This document shows, in pieces, positions 37,219-46,941 of a DNA stretch of 61,482 nt. The notes beneath the pieces are model-generated. The model saw only the letters and a program-made list of their open reading frames with translations, ran no database searches and was not told the DNA's origin. The DNA lies in assembly GCA_043802295.1 (NCBI GenBank), contig JAZDLF010000037.1:1-61482 (forward strand). The letters run 5' to 3'. This stretch comes from Candidatus Woesearchaeota archaeon (GTDB lineage Archaea > Nanobdellota > Nanobdellia > SCGC-AAA011-G17 > JAPLZO01). Made by a program: the position numbers and the translations under genes. Numbering within the stretch: the first letter of the stretch is position 1; the number at the start of each line of letters is the position of its first letter.

Positions 37219-38148
37219 TTATAAATCATCTAAACCATCAATAAAACTTCTTTTATTATAACTAGTCTCATTATACAAAAAACCAAGCCAAACACCATTT
37301 ATTTGAGCTTTAATTAAATCATACCTTTCACTTAATATAAATCTCATTATATTTAAGGGTATAATTAAAAATACACTAAAAATAAAGATATAATAGACTA
37401 ATTTACTAGAATGAAGTTTCATAAATGTAATCTTATCCCTTATCATATGATAAAATGAAAAACTACTCAATTTTTTTTCTATACCACCTTTTTTAGCTTT
37501 AGCTGTTGGAACATATAAAACTTTAAAACCATTTTTTTTAGCATTTAAACACCAATCTACTTCGCTATAATATAAAATATATCTTCCATTAAAACCACCA
37601 ATTTTTTTTATAACATTCATTTTCATCATCATTGCTCCACCAATTAAACTGTCTACTTCCATAATTTTATTATACTGCCCTTTATCAGTTTCATCTCTAC
37701 CAATAATTTTACTTTTATAAGTTAATTTATTAATCTTAATACCTAAAGCTCTTATTTTATGATAATTAGGGTAATATAATTTACAACCAACAGCAGCAAT
37801 ATCATTATATTGTATAATGACTTTGATTAATTCACTTAAAACATTTTTTTCATAGATAGTATCTTGATCAGTCCTAAATACATATTCACCTCTAGCTATT
37901 TTTATACCATTATTACAAGTTCCAATAACACTACCCCTCTTTTTATTTTTAAGTATAGTAATATTTTTATATTTATCAAATCTTTTCTTTATAAACTCAT
38001 AAGAACCATCATTTGATATATCATCTATAACTATAATCTCAAAATTTTTATAATTTTGATTAATCAAAGATTTAATACAATCATAAACACCAGCTTTGAT
38101 ACCATTATAAACAGGTAAGATTATCGATACTAATGGAGTTTTCATCAT
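37219..38148 (-). CDS. GT2-family glycosyltransferase
   Basis: VSIILPVYNG, IDDISNDGS and RTDQD blocks, with a C-terminal TM. The track start at 38247 is TTG; tandem ATGs lie at 38148/38145. Confidence 0.75.
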   Translation of the reverse strand: MMKTPLVSIILPVYNGIKAGVYDCIKSLINQNYKNFEIIVIDDISNDGSYEFIKKRFDKYKNITILKNKKRGSVIGTCNNGIKIARGEYVFRTDQDTIYEKNVLSELIKVIIQYNDIAAVGCKLYYPNYHKIRALGIKINKLTYKSKIIGRDETDKGQYNKIMEVDSLIGGAMMMKMNVIKKIGGFNGRYILYYSEVDWCLNAKKNGFKVLYVPTAKAKKGGIEKKLSSFSFYHMIRDKITFMKLHSSKLVYYIFIFSVFLIIPLNIMRFILSERYDLIKAQINGVWLGFLYNETSYNKRSFIDGLDDL

Positions 38149-38202
38149 AAAATTTATAAATTGACCACTTATAAATTTAATGAATATAAATTCAACACTA
38201 AA

Positions 38203-39171
38203 ATGATTAATAGAACTAAAATAAAAAATGTTATCCAAAAAAGCCAAATATCTAGAAATTTCTATAATTCTTATCTAAAATCTAAAATTTATTTGTATTT
38301 TAAACTATTAAATTTAGAAAATATAAAAGATATAGCTTTAGATGTTTTAGGCATAGAGTTTACTTCAATTTGTGATCTAAAATGTAAATGGTGTTCGCTT
38401 GATAATTCAAGGGCAAAAGGTTTTATGGAACCCAGATTATTCAAAAAAATATTAGATGACATATCTCAATCAGATATAAAAATAAAACATATTACATTAC
38501 ATCATGCTGGAGAAACATTATTACATCCAAAATTTAGAGAAATGTTAGAAATTTTAGGTGAAAAAAAGAAAAATACCCCAAATTTTCCTTATATTTCATT
38601 ATTAACTAATGCAACAACATTAAATGATAATAAAATAAATGCAATTTTAGAAACTGATTCAATTGATTGGATGAGATTTAGTATAGATGGTGGCAATAAA
38701 AAGGATTTTGAAGCTATACGAATAGGAGCAAAATGGGAAAATGTTTTATCTAATGTAAACAAATTTTTAGATAAAAATAAAAAAACAGGTAAAAATATCA
38801 AAACTTCTATATTATGTTTAATGACCAATCCTTCTAAACAAATTTCAGAAGAATTTAAAAAATTATTAGAAAAAGTAGATGAATATAGAATAAATCCACC
38901 ACATAACTGGGATGGTTCTAAAAACCTAGGTTTAAAATCTAAATTTATAAAAGGTGGTTGTTGGAGAGCATTAAAAAGTATGGCTATATTATGGGATGGT
39001 CGTGTTGTACCTTGTTGTGCTGATTTAAATGGAAGAGGTATTATAGGTGATTTAAAAACACAAAAACTATATAAGGTATACTTAGGTAAAGAAAGACTTA
39101 AAATATTAAACAAAATGAAAAATAATCAACGTAGTAAAATAGAATTATGTAAAAACTGTAGTAATTTTTAA
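38203..39171 (+). CDS. Radical SAM enzyme with SPASM/twitch-like C-terminal Cys domain
   Basis: FTSICDLKCKWCS (CxxxCxxC). The C-terminus has CWRALKSMAILWDGRVVPCCADLNG...CKNC. The track start at 38161 is TTG; ATG is at 38203. Confidence 0.75.
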   Translation: MINRTKIKNVIQKSQISRNFYNSYLKSKIYLYFKLLNLENIKDIALDVLGIEFTSICDLKCKWCSLDNSRAKGFMEPRLFKKILDDISQSDIKIKHITLHHAGETLLHPKFREMLEILGEKKKNTPNFPYISLLTNATTLNDNKINAILETDSIDWMRFSIDGGNKKDFEAIRIGAKWENVLSNVNKFLDKNKKTGKNIKTSILCLMTNPSKQISEEFKKLLEKVDEYRINPPHNWDGSKNLGLKSKFIKGGCWRALKSMAILWDGRVVPCCADLNGRGIIGDLKTQKLYKVYLGKERLKILNKMKNNQRSKIELCKNCSNF

Positions 39172-39173
39172 AA

Positions 39174-40031
39174 ATGAAAATAGTTCAAAAACCATTTAAA
39201 TATGCATATAAACTTTTAGAAGGTAGAGGATTAAGTAAAATTTCATTTGTGAAATCTTTTTACAATTATATTTATCCAAAAGTTATACCAGAAAGAATAG
39301 TTTTAAAGGAGATACAAGGAAATAAAATGCACTTAGACCTTAATGATAAAATAGTTTCTACAAAATTATTTATGAATAATATATGGGAAGAAACAGAAAC
39401 TAAATTATTTAAAGATATGATCCAAGAAAATATGACAGTTATTGATATAGGTGCGCATATAGGTTATTATACCCTAATTGCTGCTAAATTAATTGGTAAA
39501 AAAGGCAAAGTATATTCTTTTGAACCAAATCCAGATAATTTTGCACTACTTAAAAAAAATATTGAAGAGAATGGATATAAGAATGTTACTTTAATAAACA
39601 AAGCAATTTCAAATAAAAAAGGATTTCTTAAACTATTTATTAATCCTGAAAGTAGTGGTGGTGCAAGTATTTATGAAAAAGAAAATGCTAAATATTACAC
39701 AAATATTATAGCAACAACCTTAGACGAATCACTTAAAAATATTAAAAAAATTGACATCATTAAAATGGATATTGAGGGAGCAGAGATATTAGCTTTGGAA
39801 GGAATGAGTAATATAATAAAAAGAAATAAAAATATAAAATTAATTATTGAATTTAATCCTGAAGGGATTAAAAAGTTGGGTTATGAACCAATAAATTTAA
39901 TAAACAAACTTAAAAATTTTGGATTTACAATTAAAGTTATTGATGAAAAAAATAAATCTATAATACCAGTTGAATATAATAATATAATCTTTAACAATAA
40001 AGAATCTATAAATCTACTTTGTGAAAAATAA
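39174..40031 (+). CDS. FkbM-family methyltransferase
   Basis: VIDIGAHIGYYTL, VYSFEPNPDNFALLKKNI and IDIIKMDIEGAE blocks. Confidence 0.8.
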   Translation: MKIVQKPFKYAYKLLEGRGLSKISFVKSFYNYIYPKVIPERIVLKEIQGNKMHLDLNDKIVSTKLFMNNIWEETETKLFKDMIQENMTVIDIGAHIGYYTLIAAKLIGKKGKVYSFEPNPDNFALLKKNIEENGYKNVTLINKAISNKKGFLKLFINPESSGGASIYEKENAKYYTNIIATTLDESLKNIKKIDIIKMDIEGAEILALEGMSNIIKRNKNIKLIIEFNPEGIKKLGYEPINLINKLKNFGFTIKVIDEKNKSIIPVEYNNIIFNNKESINLLCEK

Positions 40032-40082
40032 TTATTGATTTAAATTAATTTTAAAATTGAGTATTATAAAAATGGTTTATAA

Positions 40083-40676
40083 TTATAGATAAGCCTTCCA
40101 TTCAGATCCAAATTTTAATGATACCATCACAGCATCTGGTTTAAAATTTAACAATTTCATTTGTGAAATATACTTCTGTATATCTTCAGGTCTACCTAAT
40201 ACATCTGGGGAAACAATGCATGTCTTAAAACCAATAAGTTCTTTTGCAATCTTTTTATCTATTGGAAGTTTTGTGTTAGTATCTATCCATACCCAATCAA
40301 CAAGATTTTTATGTGCTAATGTAAATTCAATTGGTTCAGCTTCAGAGTATCTTACTGCAATTTTTTTAAAGTTATTCTTTCTAGTTGCTCTGTATATAAA
40401 AGGATATTCAACATCAAGTAAAAAATAGTCTTTAATATTATATCTCTCAGCTAGATTGATTACATCTTGTTCTATTCCTGTTTCTTTAATATTAAATATT
40501 ATAAAACTATGTTTATAATATTTCAAATATTCTTCTAAATCATCTCCATCTTGATGGGGTTCATGATTCAATATCAATCTATTTCCATTAGCTCTTATAT
40601 CTATTTCAACACCATATTTAAATGGAATTTTTTTTAATTCATCTATTTTATTTATTCTATGAATAATTATTATCAT
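40083..40676 (-). CDS. GDPD/PI-PLC-like phosphodiesterase (putative)
   Basis: The N-terminal IIHRINK...GVEIDIRANGNRLILNHEP resembles the HR...ExD...H catalytic pattern of glycerophosphodiester phosphodiesterases. Short, at 197 aa. Confidence 0.45.
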   Translation of the reverse strand: MIIIIHRINKIDELKKIPFKYGVEIDIRANGNRLILNHEPHQDGDDLEEYLKYYKHSFIIFNIKETGIEQDVINLAERYNIKDYFLLDVEYPFIYRATRKNNFKKIAVRYSEAEPIEFTLAHKNLVDWVWIDTNTKLPIDKKIAKELIGFKTCIVSPDVLGRPEDIQKYISQMKLLNFKPDAVMVSLKFGSEWKAYL

Positions 40677-42241
40677 TTTAACTCGTACACTGTTATTTCC
40701 AATTGATCTGAGGAAGGTGCAGGAGCAACATAAACTTTTCTATAACCTAATTTTAAAAGTGTATCAATTATTATTTTTTTATTTTTTGAATCTTTAGCTG
40801 CATAAATTTCCTCTAAAACTACAGATGGTTTATTTTTAGTTATATATTTTTCTATTATTGGTATATCTTTATCAAATAAGTTTGAACCTTCATGAAACCA
40901 GAGATGCAAACCTTTTGGTGGTTCTACATTGTAATCACAATAAAGAAAATTATATTCACTTAAACTAATAAAACTTTTATTATTTCTCTCTATAATATTT
41001 CGTATTTCTTTAAGATCTTTTGCATGAATATCTATATTAAAAAAACTAGCTCCTTTATAACAACCTTGATCTATTTTATTATGTGAATATAAAATATTGT
41101 ATACCTGTCCTATTGGTGTTGTAAAATATGAGTATCTTGTAAAAGTAAAGGGTTCTAAATAATTAAATTGCATTAATATAACAAAAAATATTATAATATA
41201 AGTTAACATTTTTTTACTAATAAAAAAAGATTTATTTATATCCAAATAATTAATGTTTTTATTTTTGATTAACAAATAAAATAAAAATAACATTATTGGT
41301 AAAGCCATAATCCTCATTTGATTTCTCATACCAGAAGAAACACTAGTTATAACAAAAAGAGAATTTATTATTATTAAAATACTTATTATTTTTTTATTTT
41401 TTATATTATCCTCTTTAAAAAATAGGAATAGCAAAAATATTAACAAATAAAAATTGAATGAATATAATGTTACACTCAGACCATATAAAGAAAAGATTTG
41501 ATATACAATTGAAGAATGTGGATATTGTTCTAATCCACCACCTTGTCCTAAGCTAAATTGATGCTCAAAATCACTAAAACTACTAAATATAACAAATATT
41601 AAAGAAGTTAATATCAAAAAAGGTAAGACATATTGAACTAATATCTTTTTAAAATCTTTTCTATAATAATAAACAAAATATAAAAATAATAAACCAAATT
41701 GCATTAAACCTGTATCTTGTTTTGAATAAAATGATAATATTGTTAGAATAGCAGATAATACTAAAATTTTTGTTTTAGCCTCTTTAACATCTAAATATTT
41801 AATCAAAATTAAAATGTTCAATAAAAAAAAGAAAAGGGCCATTTCATTATACCATGGAAGAGCAATCACTCCATAATATGAATAATAAAGAGCAATAGAC
41901 ATAAATATACTAAAAATATTGCCAAAATATTTTACAATGATAAAATAGAATATTATTGCTAAAATTGATGATAGAAATGCAACATGCATAGCCATTGCAA
42001 TTAAATTTGGGCCAAATATATGATTAAATAAAGCTTGTATATAAAATACAATTGGACCAACTGGAATAAAAAAATCTTTATATGGCACTTGACCTAAATA
42101 TATCCTATATCCACCAGCATATGTAGCAGAGAAATCACGAAGAAAATTTGTTCCAAAAGCACCTATCAAAGAAAAAATTACTATAAAAGAGATTATAACA
42201 AAACATGCAATAGAATGTTTAATTATGTTTTTTTTGTCCAT
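40673..42241 (-). CDS. Polytopic membrane protein, candidate GT-C glycosyltransferase
   Basis: 522 aa with about 12 TM segments plus a roughly 130-aa C-terminal soluble domain. Early loop GQVPYKDFFIPVGP is reminiscent of GT-C (DUF2029/GT87-like) proteins. 4-nt overlap with the downstream gene. Confidence 0.45.
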   Translation of the reverse strand: MDKKNIIKHSIACFVIISFIVIFSLIGAFGTNFLRDFSATYAGGYRIYLGQVPYKDFFIPVGPIVFYIQALFNHIFGPNLIAMAMHVAFLSSILAIIFYFIIVKYFGNIFSIFMSIALYYSYYGVIALPWYNEMALFFFLLNILILIKYLDVKEAKTKILVLSAILTILSFYSKQDTGLMQFGLLFLYFVYYYRKDFKKILVQYVLPFLILTSLIFVIFSSFSDFEHQFSLGQGGGLEQYPHSSIVYQIFSLYGLSVTLYSFNFYLLIFLLFLFFKEDNIKNKKIISILIIINSLFVITSVSSGMRNQMRIMALPIMLFLFYLLIKNKNINYLDINKSFFISKKMLTYIIIFFVILMQFNYLEPFTFTRYSYFTTPIGQVYNILYSHNKIDQGCYKGASFFNIDIHAKDLKEIRNIIERNNKSFISLSEYNFLYCDYNVEPPKGLHLWFHEGSNLFDKDIPIIEKYITKNKPSVVLEEIYAAKDSKNKKIIIDTLLKLGYRKVYVAPAPSSDQLEITVYELK

Positions 42242-42248
42242 TTTAAGA

Positions 42249-43697
42249 TTAAACAGTTACTTTTTTCATTCTATGTTTGAAAATATATTTAAGCAAATAA
42301 CCCCAAGAAGCATTGACATGATGTCTATTTGTAAAATAACCATCACTTAATCTCCAAAGTATTCTATATGCAACATTATCAGGTGTGTTAATTATAACAT
42401 TTTTAATAAACTCTCTCATCAATGGAAAGTTAATATATATTTGAGACCATCTAGAAAGTAATATTATTTTCTTACCATCTTTATCTCTTCTAAAACAATC
42501 ATAAAAATTCATGGTTGTATCACCAATCATACTTGAATCTTGAATCAATGTTTTGTCATACTGACCAATTTTAACACCATATTCAGTTATACTAAGTCTT
42601 GGAAATGGTTTAAAAATATTTACAGCAACAACAGAGTTTTTAGAAGATATTTTAGCAGCAAAATCCAAAGTTTCAAAAGCATTTTCTAAAGTCTCTCCAG
42701 GTAATCCTAACATAATAGACATTGAATATTTAAGATTATACTTCTTAAAAAGATCAGTTGCTTTAATATACTGCTCATTAGTTAATTTTTTATTAAGAGT
42801 AGTCATTCTAAATTTTTCATTACCTGTTTCTAAGCCTAATCTAATTATAAAACATTTTTTTGTATCTGCCAACAATTTACAATATTCATCATCAACCTCA
42901 TTAACAGTAGAATTAATAGTAAAAGGAAGATCAACTTTTTCTTTATATTTATTTAAAAATTCTCTTAACCATTTTTTATCATAACCTAAAGTACTATCAT
43001 TAAAAAATATATTTTTTATTTTATATTTTTCTTTTATCATAACACATTCTTTTATAACATTATCAACATCTCTTAAAGCACAATATTTTTTGTCTACATG
43101 AGCATACATTTCACGATATTTATGATTAAAACAATAAGAGCAGCTATAAGGACAGCCTCTTCCAACCATTACTAAACCAAATTCGATATCTCTAAAATAA
43201 GAAGAATAATCTCTATAAATCTCTCTATCTTCAAATAATCTTTCATTTACATCCTTAAAAGGTCTAATATCATTTTTAATTATTTTTCCATCTTTTTTAA
43301 CCCATAAATTAAGTATTTTTGAGTAATCTTGTTTTTTGTCTATTGCATCAGCTAATTCTACAATAACATCATCACCTTCTCCTCTACAAATAATATCAAT
43401 ATATGGGTTTTGAATTATTTCTGGAAAAAAAGATGCATCATGTCCACCAACAACAATCAGAGCTTTTATTTCATTTTGCCTTATTAATTTAGCAGTATCC
43501 ATCATATATTTTCTGTTTGCAGTTATAACAGAAAAAGCAATAATATCAGGATCAAATTCTTTTATTTCTCTTATTACTTTTTCATCCTCACCAATAGACA
43601 AACCAACTTTATGACCAGCATTTTTTAAAGCAGCAGAAAGTGTTCCAACTGCTTCAAAAGGGAACCATAAATTTTGAACAAATATAACTTTAGTCAT
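42249..43697 (-). CDS. B12-binding-domain radical SAM enzyme (class B), paralog of 33693-35225
   Basis: DIIAFSVITAN...IVVGGHDASFFP, GRGCPYSCSYC and NLWVKKDGKIIKNDIRP. Confidence 0.8.
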   Translation of the reverse strand: MTKVIFVQNLWFPFEAVGTLSAALKNAGHKVGLSIGEDEKVIREIKEFDPDIIAFSVITANRKYMMDTAKLIRQNEIKALIVVGGHDASFFPEIIQNPYIDIICRGEGDDVIVELADAIDKKQDYSKILNLWVKKDGKIIKNDIRPFKDVNERLFEDREIYRDYSSYFRDIEFGLVMVGRGCPYSCSYCFNHKYREMYAHVDKKYCALRDVDNVIKECVMIKEKYKIKNIFFNDSTLGYDKKWLREFLNKYKEKVDLPFTINSTVNEVDDEYCKLLADTKKCFIIRLGLETGNEKFRMTTLNKKLTNEQYIKATDLFKKYNLKYSMSIMLGLPGETLENAFETLDFAAKISSKNSVVAVNIFKPFPRLSITEYGVKIGQYDKTLIQDSSMIGDTTMNFYDCFRRDKDGKKIILLSRWSQIYINFPLMREFIKNVIINTPDNVAYRILWRLSDGYFTNRHHVNASWGYLLKYIFKHRMKKVTV

Positions 43698-43794
43698 AAA
43701 ACATTTTTTATAAAGAGGGGTATATAAATTTTATTATATATAGGTACAATTAAAATTTATTTCATCTAAGAAAAAGATATATCCATAATTTATC

Positions 43795-44625
43795 TTATTT
43801 TTTAAAATATTTTTTCCATAAAGGGAGCAACCTCTTTTCTTCTTCATTTATATCTAAAGGTATTACATTATTCTTAATTATAAACTCTATTCTTTCGTAA
43901 TCATATAAATCATCTGGCTTTCCCCACCCAACAAATAAATCAACATCAAAAATAATAGATTTTTTACCAATTTTTTTTAAAAATTTTGGAATTGAATCTA
44001 CATAAAATTCATTATTAGTTCTATAATTTTCTTTAATCATCAAATTTGATGCATCAATAAAATATTTCGCCTTTTTAAAATAAAAAGTACCTACAACAGC
44101 ATGATCATTATAAGAATTATTAGAAACAGGGACCTTTATTGATATATCTTTTATAGTTTCATTATCATCCTCAAGTATATACCACCCCCATGCATTTGGA
44201 TTTCTTCTAAGAGTTTCTCTTTTAGTAAATGTTAAGACTATACAATCAACATCTTTTTTTTCTCTTAATTCATCAAATTTATTTTTATTATAAAGAAAAC
44301 CAATATCACAAGATGCTATAATAAGATCATCATCTAAATCAAGATATTTTTCAGCAAGCATACAAGTACATGCCTGCCCTTCAGTTGTTTTATCTATCGC
44401 TATTATTATTGCATTGGGTATTTCTCTTTTAATAATCTTATCAACACCATAATCGATATGCTCTTGTCTCATAACAAAAATCCACTTATTTGCTTTTGGT
44501 AAATCCTTTATAACATTTAATATCATTGGTTTACCAGAAACAGATATTAATGACTTTAAAAGTTTATAACCAACTTGTGAAAACCTTGTCCCAAGTCCAG
44601 CCATTGGTATTAATATTGTTGTCAT
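43795..44625 (-). CDS. Sugar-phosphate nucleotidyltransferase-family protein
   Basis: ILIPMAGLGTRF (GxGTR signature). Paralogous to both halves of the upstream 524-aa protein. Confidence 0.7.
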   Translation of the reverse strand: MTTILIPMAGLGTRFSQVGYKLLKSLISVSGKPMILNVIKDLPKANKWIFVMRQEHIDYGVDKIIKREIPNAIIIAIDKTTEGQACTCMLAEKYLDLDDDLIIASCDIGFLYNKNKFDELREKKDVDCIVLTFTKRETLRRNPNAWGWYILEDDNETIKDISIKVPVSNNSYNDHAVVGTFYFKKAKYFIDASNLMIKENYRTNNEFYVDSIPKFLKKIGKKSIIFDVDLFVGWGKPDDLYDYERIEFIIKNNVIPLDINEEEKRLLPLWKKYFKK

Positions 44626-44642
44626 ATTGATTAATACAAAAA

Positions 44643-46211
44643 TTATTGAAGCATTTTGGAATATGGATGGTAGCTTAACTTATCAAAATAATCTTGCCAA
44701 TACATCATCTCTTTATAATTTATTATATTTCTAATTGGAACAAATCTATCTACCTCAAATATAGCTACCTTTCTTTTCTTTATAATATTATTAATACAAC
44801 TTAAATAATATATTTTTCCTGTTTTATTATTTTTAATTTCCTCTTCAATGCTATCAAATAAATATTTTGCTTTTTTAAATATGGTAGTGCCAGTAAGTGC
44901 ATGATCTAAGTAAGGATTATTTGATAATGTTCTCTTTTCTATGATCTGTTCAACCTCAATATTATTTTTTAATTTTGCATATGCAAAACCATCTGGATTT
45001 CTTAATACACATTCATGATGGGTAAAAGAAAATAAAATTATATCTATATCTTCTTTCTCCATTAAATTCATCATTTTCTTTTCATTATAATTTAAGATAT
45101 ATGTAGATCCACAAATACATACTGGTGATTCGGGGTCTATTTTATCTTTTAATTCATATATAGTTGAAGCATTACCTCTCTTTATATCATCAATATAAAC
45201 AACTTCTGAAGAATAATCTTTACATATAGGCAAATTATCAAAATATTCTTTTTCTTTATTCAATCCTATAAAAACATTTTTTATACCTCTTGGATTTGAT
45301 CTAAAAGAATAATCTATAAGTGTTTTATTCATTATTGGTATCATAAAATTAGGCACATCATATCCTATATCCTTAAAATCTTTTTCACCACCAGCTAAAG
45401 GAAAAATATTTGTTACATTTAAGTTTACATTATCAAAAGTTATGAAATTTGGTGCATATTGAAGGAAAAATTCAGACCAAAATTTATAAAGTGAATAATC
45501 TCTTGGAGTACCTAAACAAATAAATTTCTTAACTTCAAAATTTAATATTTTTAAAGAATCTTGAATCATCAATTTAAATGGTAAACTCATATAGAATTCT
45601 CCATTAATTGCATTTGCTGGATTATCAATTAATTTTTTAACATATTCTTTAAATAATTTACCATTAGAAAAATAGTAGGTACCTGTAGAGCCATAATCAT
45701 CCATTTTATTTTTTGAAAAGCTTTCTTTTTCTTTTATATCCTTAACAAAGCCTTCATCATTAACTTTCATATATGCATAAAGAGTATCCCCCAAAGATGA
45801 AGGATGAAAACCTTTAAAACTAACAATTGCACCCGCAGGATTTTTTTCTTTTAATATTTCACAAAATTTATTATAATCCCACTCCTGAATAAAATCACAA
45901 TAATTTACAATTATATCTTCATCATCAGATATATCATCAAATGCTGCAAGGCAAGTATATGCAGGACCATGTAGCATATCTTCACCCACACTTATAATCT
46001 TAGATGAAGGAGAAATTCTTTTTAATACTTTTGATATATTAGTTTTATTTAAGTGATCCTGATTACATAAAAATATAAATTCACTTTTTCTAGGAAAATA
46101 ATTTACTATATGTTCCATCATTGGTTTTCCATCTACTTGTATTAATGGTTTAGCTGATAAAAAATCACCAAACCTTTTTCCTTTTCCAGCCATAGGAATT
46201 ATTATTTTCAT
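44643..46211 (-). CDS. Tandem double nucleotidyltransferase-like protein
   Basis: The N-terminal module has IIIPMAGKGKRF. The second module has IFPLAGGEKDF. Both modules share later blocks with the 276-aa neighbour (DHALTGTTIFKKAKYLF vs DHAVVGTFYFKKAKYFI). The track start at 46217 is TTG; ATG is at 46211. Confidence 0.7.
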   Translation of the reverse strand: MKIIIPMAGKGKRFGDFLSAKPLIQVDGKPMMEHIVNYFPRKSEFIFLCNQDHLNKTNISKVLKRISPSSKIISVGEDMLHGPAYTCLAAFDDISDDEDIIVNYCDFIQEWDYNKFCEILKEKNPAGAIVSFKGFHPSSLGDTLYAYMKVNDEGFVKDIKEKESFSKNKMDDYGSTGTYYFSNGKLFKEYVKKLIDNPANAINGEFYMSLPFKLMIQDSLKILNFEVKKFICLGTPRDYSLYKFWSEFFLQYAPNFITFDNVNLNVTNIFPLAGGEKDFKDIGYDVPNFMIPIMNKTLIDYSFRSNPRGIKNVFIGLNKEKEYFDNLPICKDYSSEVVYIDDIKRGNASTIYELKDKIDPESPVCICGSTYILNYNEKKMMNLMEKEDIDIILFSFTHHECVLRNPDGFAYAKLKNNIEVEQIIEKRTLSNNPYLDHALTGTTIFKKAKYLFDSIEEEIKNNKTGKIYYLSCINNIIKKRKVAIFEVDRFVPIRNIINYKEMMYWQDYFDKLSYHPYSKMLQ

Positions 46212-46230
46212 ATTCAAATATTATCAATTA

Positions 46231-46941
46231 TTAGTTTAATCTACCTATTCTAATCCCCCATATATCTTTTATGAATGATTTAATATTATCCATCTTACCC
46301 ATTATAGAATAAGTCCATTTAGATAATCCATATATTCTTTTAGTAAACATAACATCAAAAGGAATTATTTTATAATCATTTTTAATTGCTTTATACTGAA
46401 CATATAAATCATAAGAAAAACCTTTTGGGGGGCTTTTGAATGTTTTTATTAATTCTTTATCAAATATCTTAGGCTGACCATTAATATCATCAAAATATTT
46501 TAATAAAATTATACTTGATAAAATTTGTAGACCATACGTTAAAATTAAAGATTTCCAATCTCTCATTTTACGATGTCCCTTTACCAACATATTACCATTA
46601 GATTTTTTGTATATATCATATCCTATAAAAATATCTTCTGGAGAACATTGCAAATCTCCATGAGACCATCCAACAATTTTACTATCACAATTTTGTAAAC
46701 CTATATTTATACCATTTCCATATCCAATATTATCTTTAATTCTAATAAGTTTTATAAAATCATATTCTTTTCTAATTTTTTGTATATATTTCCAAGTATT
46801 ATCTTTAGAACCATTGTCTACTATAACTAATTGAAATTTTATTTTTTTCTTTGCTTTTTCATATTTTTCAATAAGTAAAGGTAATGATTTTAATTCATTA
46901 AAACAAGGTATTGTTATAGATAATTCATATTCTTCAATCAT
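46231..46941 (-). CDS. GT2-family glycosyltransferase
   Basis: LSITIPCFNE and VDNGSKDNT blocks. The likely start is M24 (ATG 46941), which gives an 8-nt ATGATTGA overlap with the upstream rSAM stop. The track start at 47010 lies inside that gene. Confidence 0.75.
   Translation of the reverse strand: MIEEYELSITIPCFNELKSLPLLIEKYEKAKKKIKFQLVIVDNGSKDNTWKYIQKIRKEYDFIKLIRIKDNIGYGNGINIGLQNCDSKIVGWSHGDLQCSPEDIFIGYDIYKKSNGNMLVKGHRKMRDWKSLILTYGLQILSSIILLKYFDDINGQPKIFDKELIKTFKSPPKGFSYDLYVQYKAIKNDYKIIPFDVMFTKRIYGLSKWTYSIMGKMDNIKSFIKDIWGIRIGRLN

Noticed and set aside
38589-39113. 174-aa minus-strand ORF inside the SPASM radical SAM gene
   Set aside because: It is antisense to a gene with clear CxxxCxxC and SPASM Cys motifs, and its own translation has no recognisable features.
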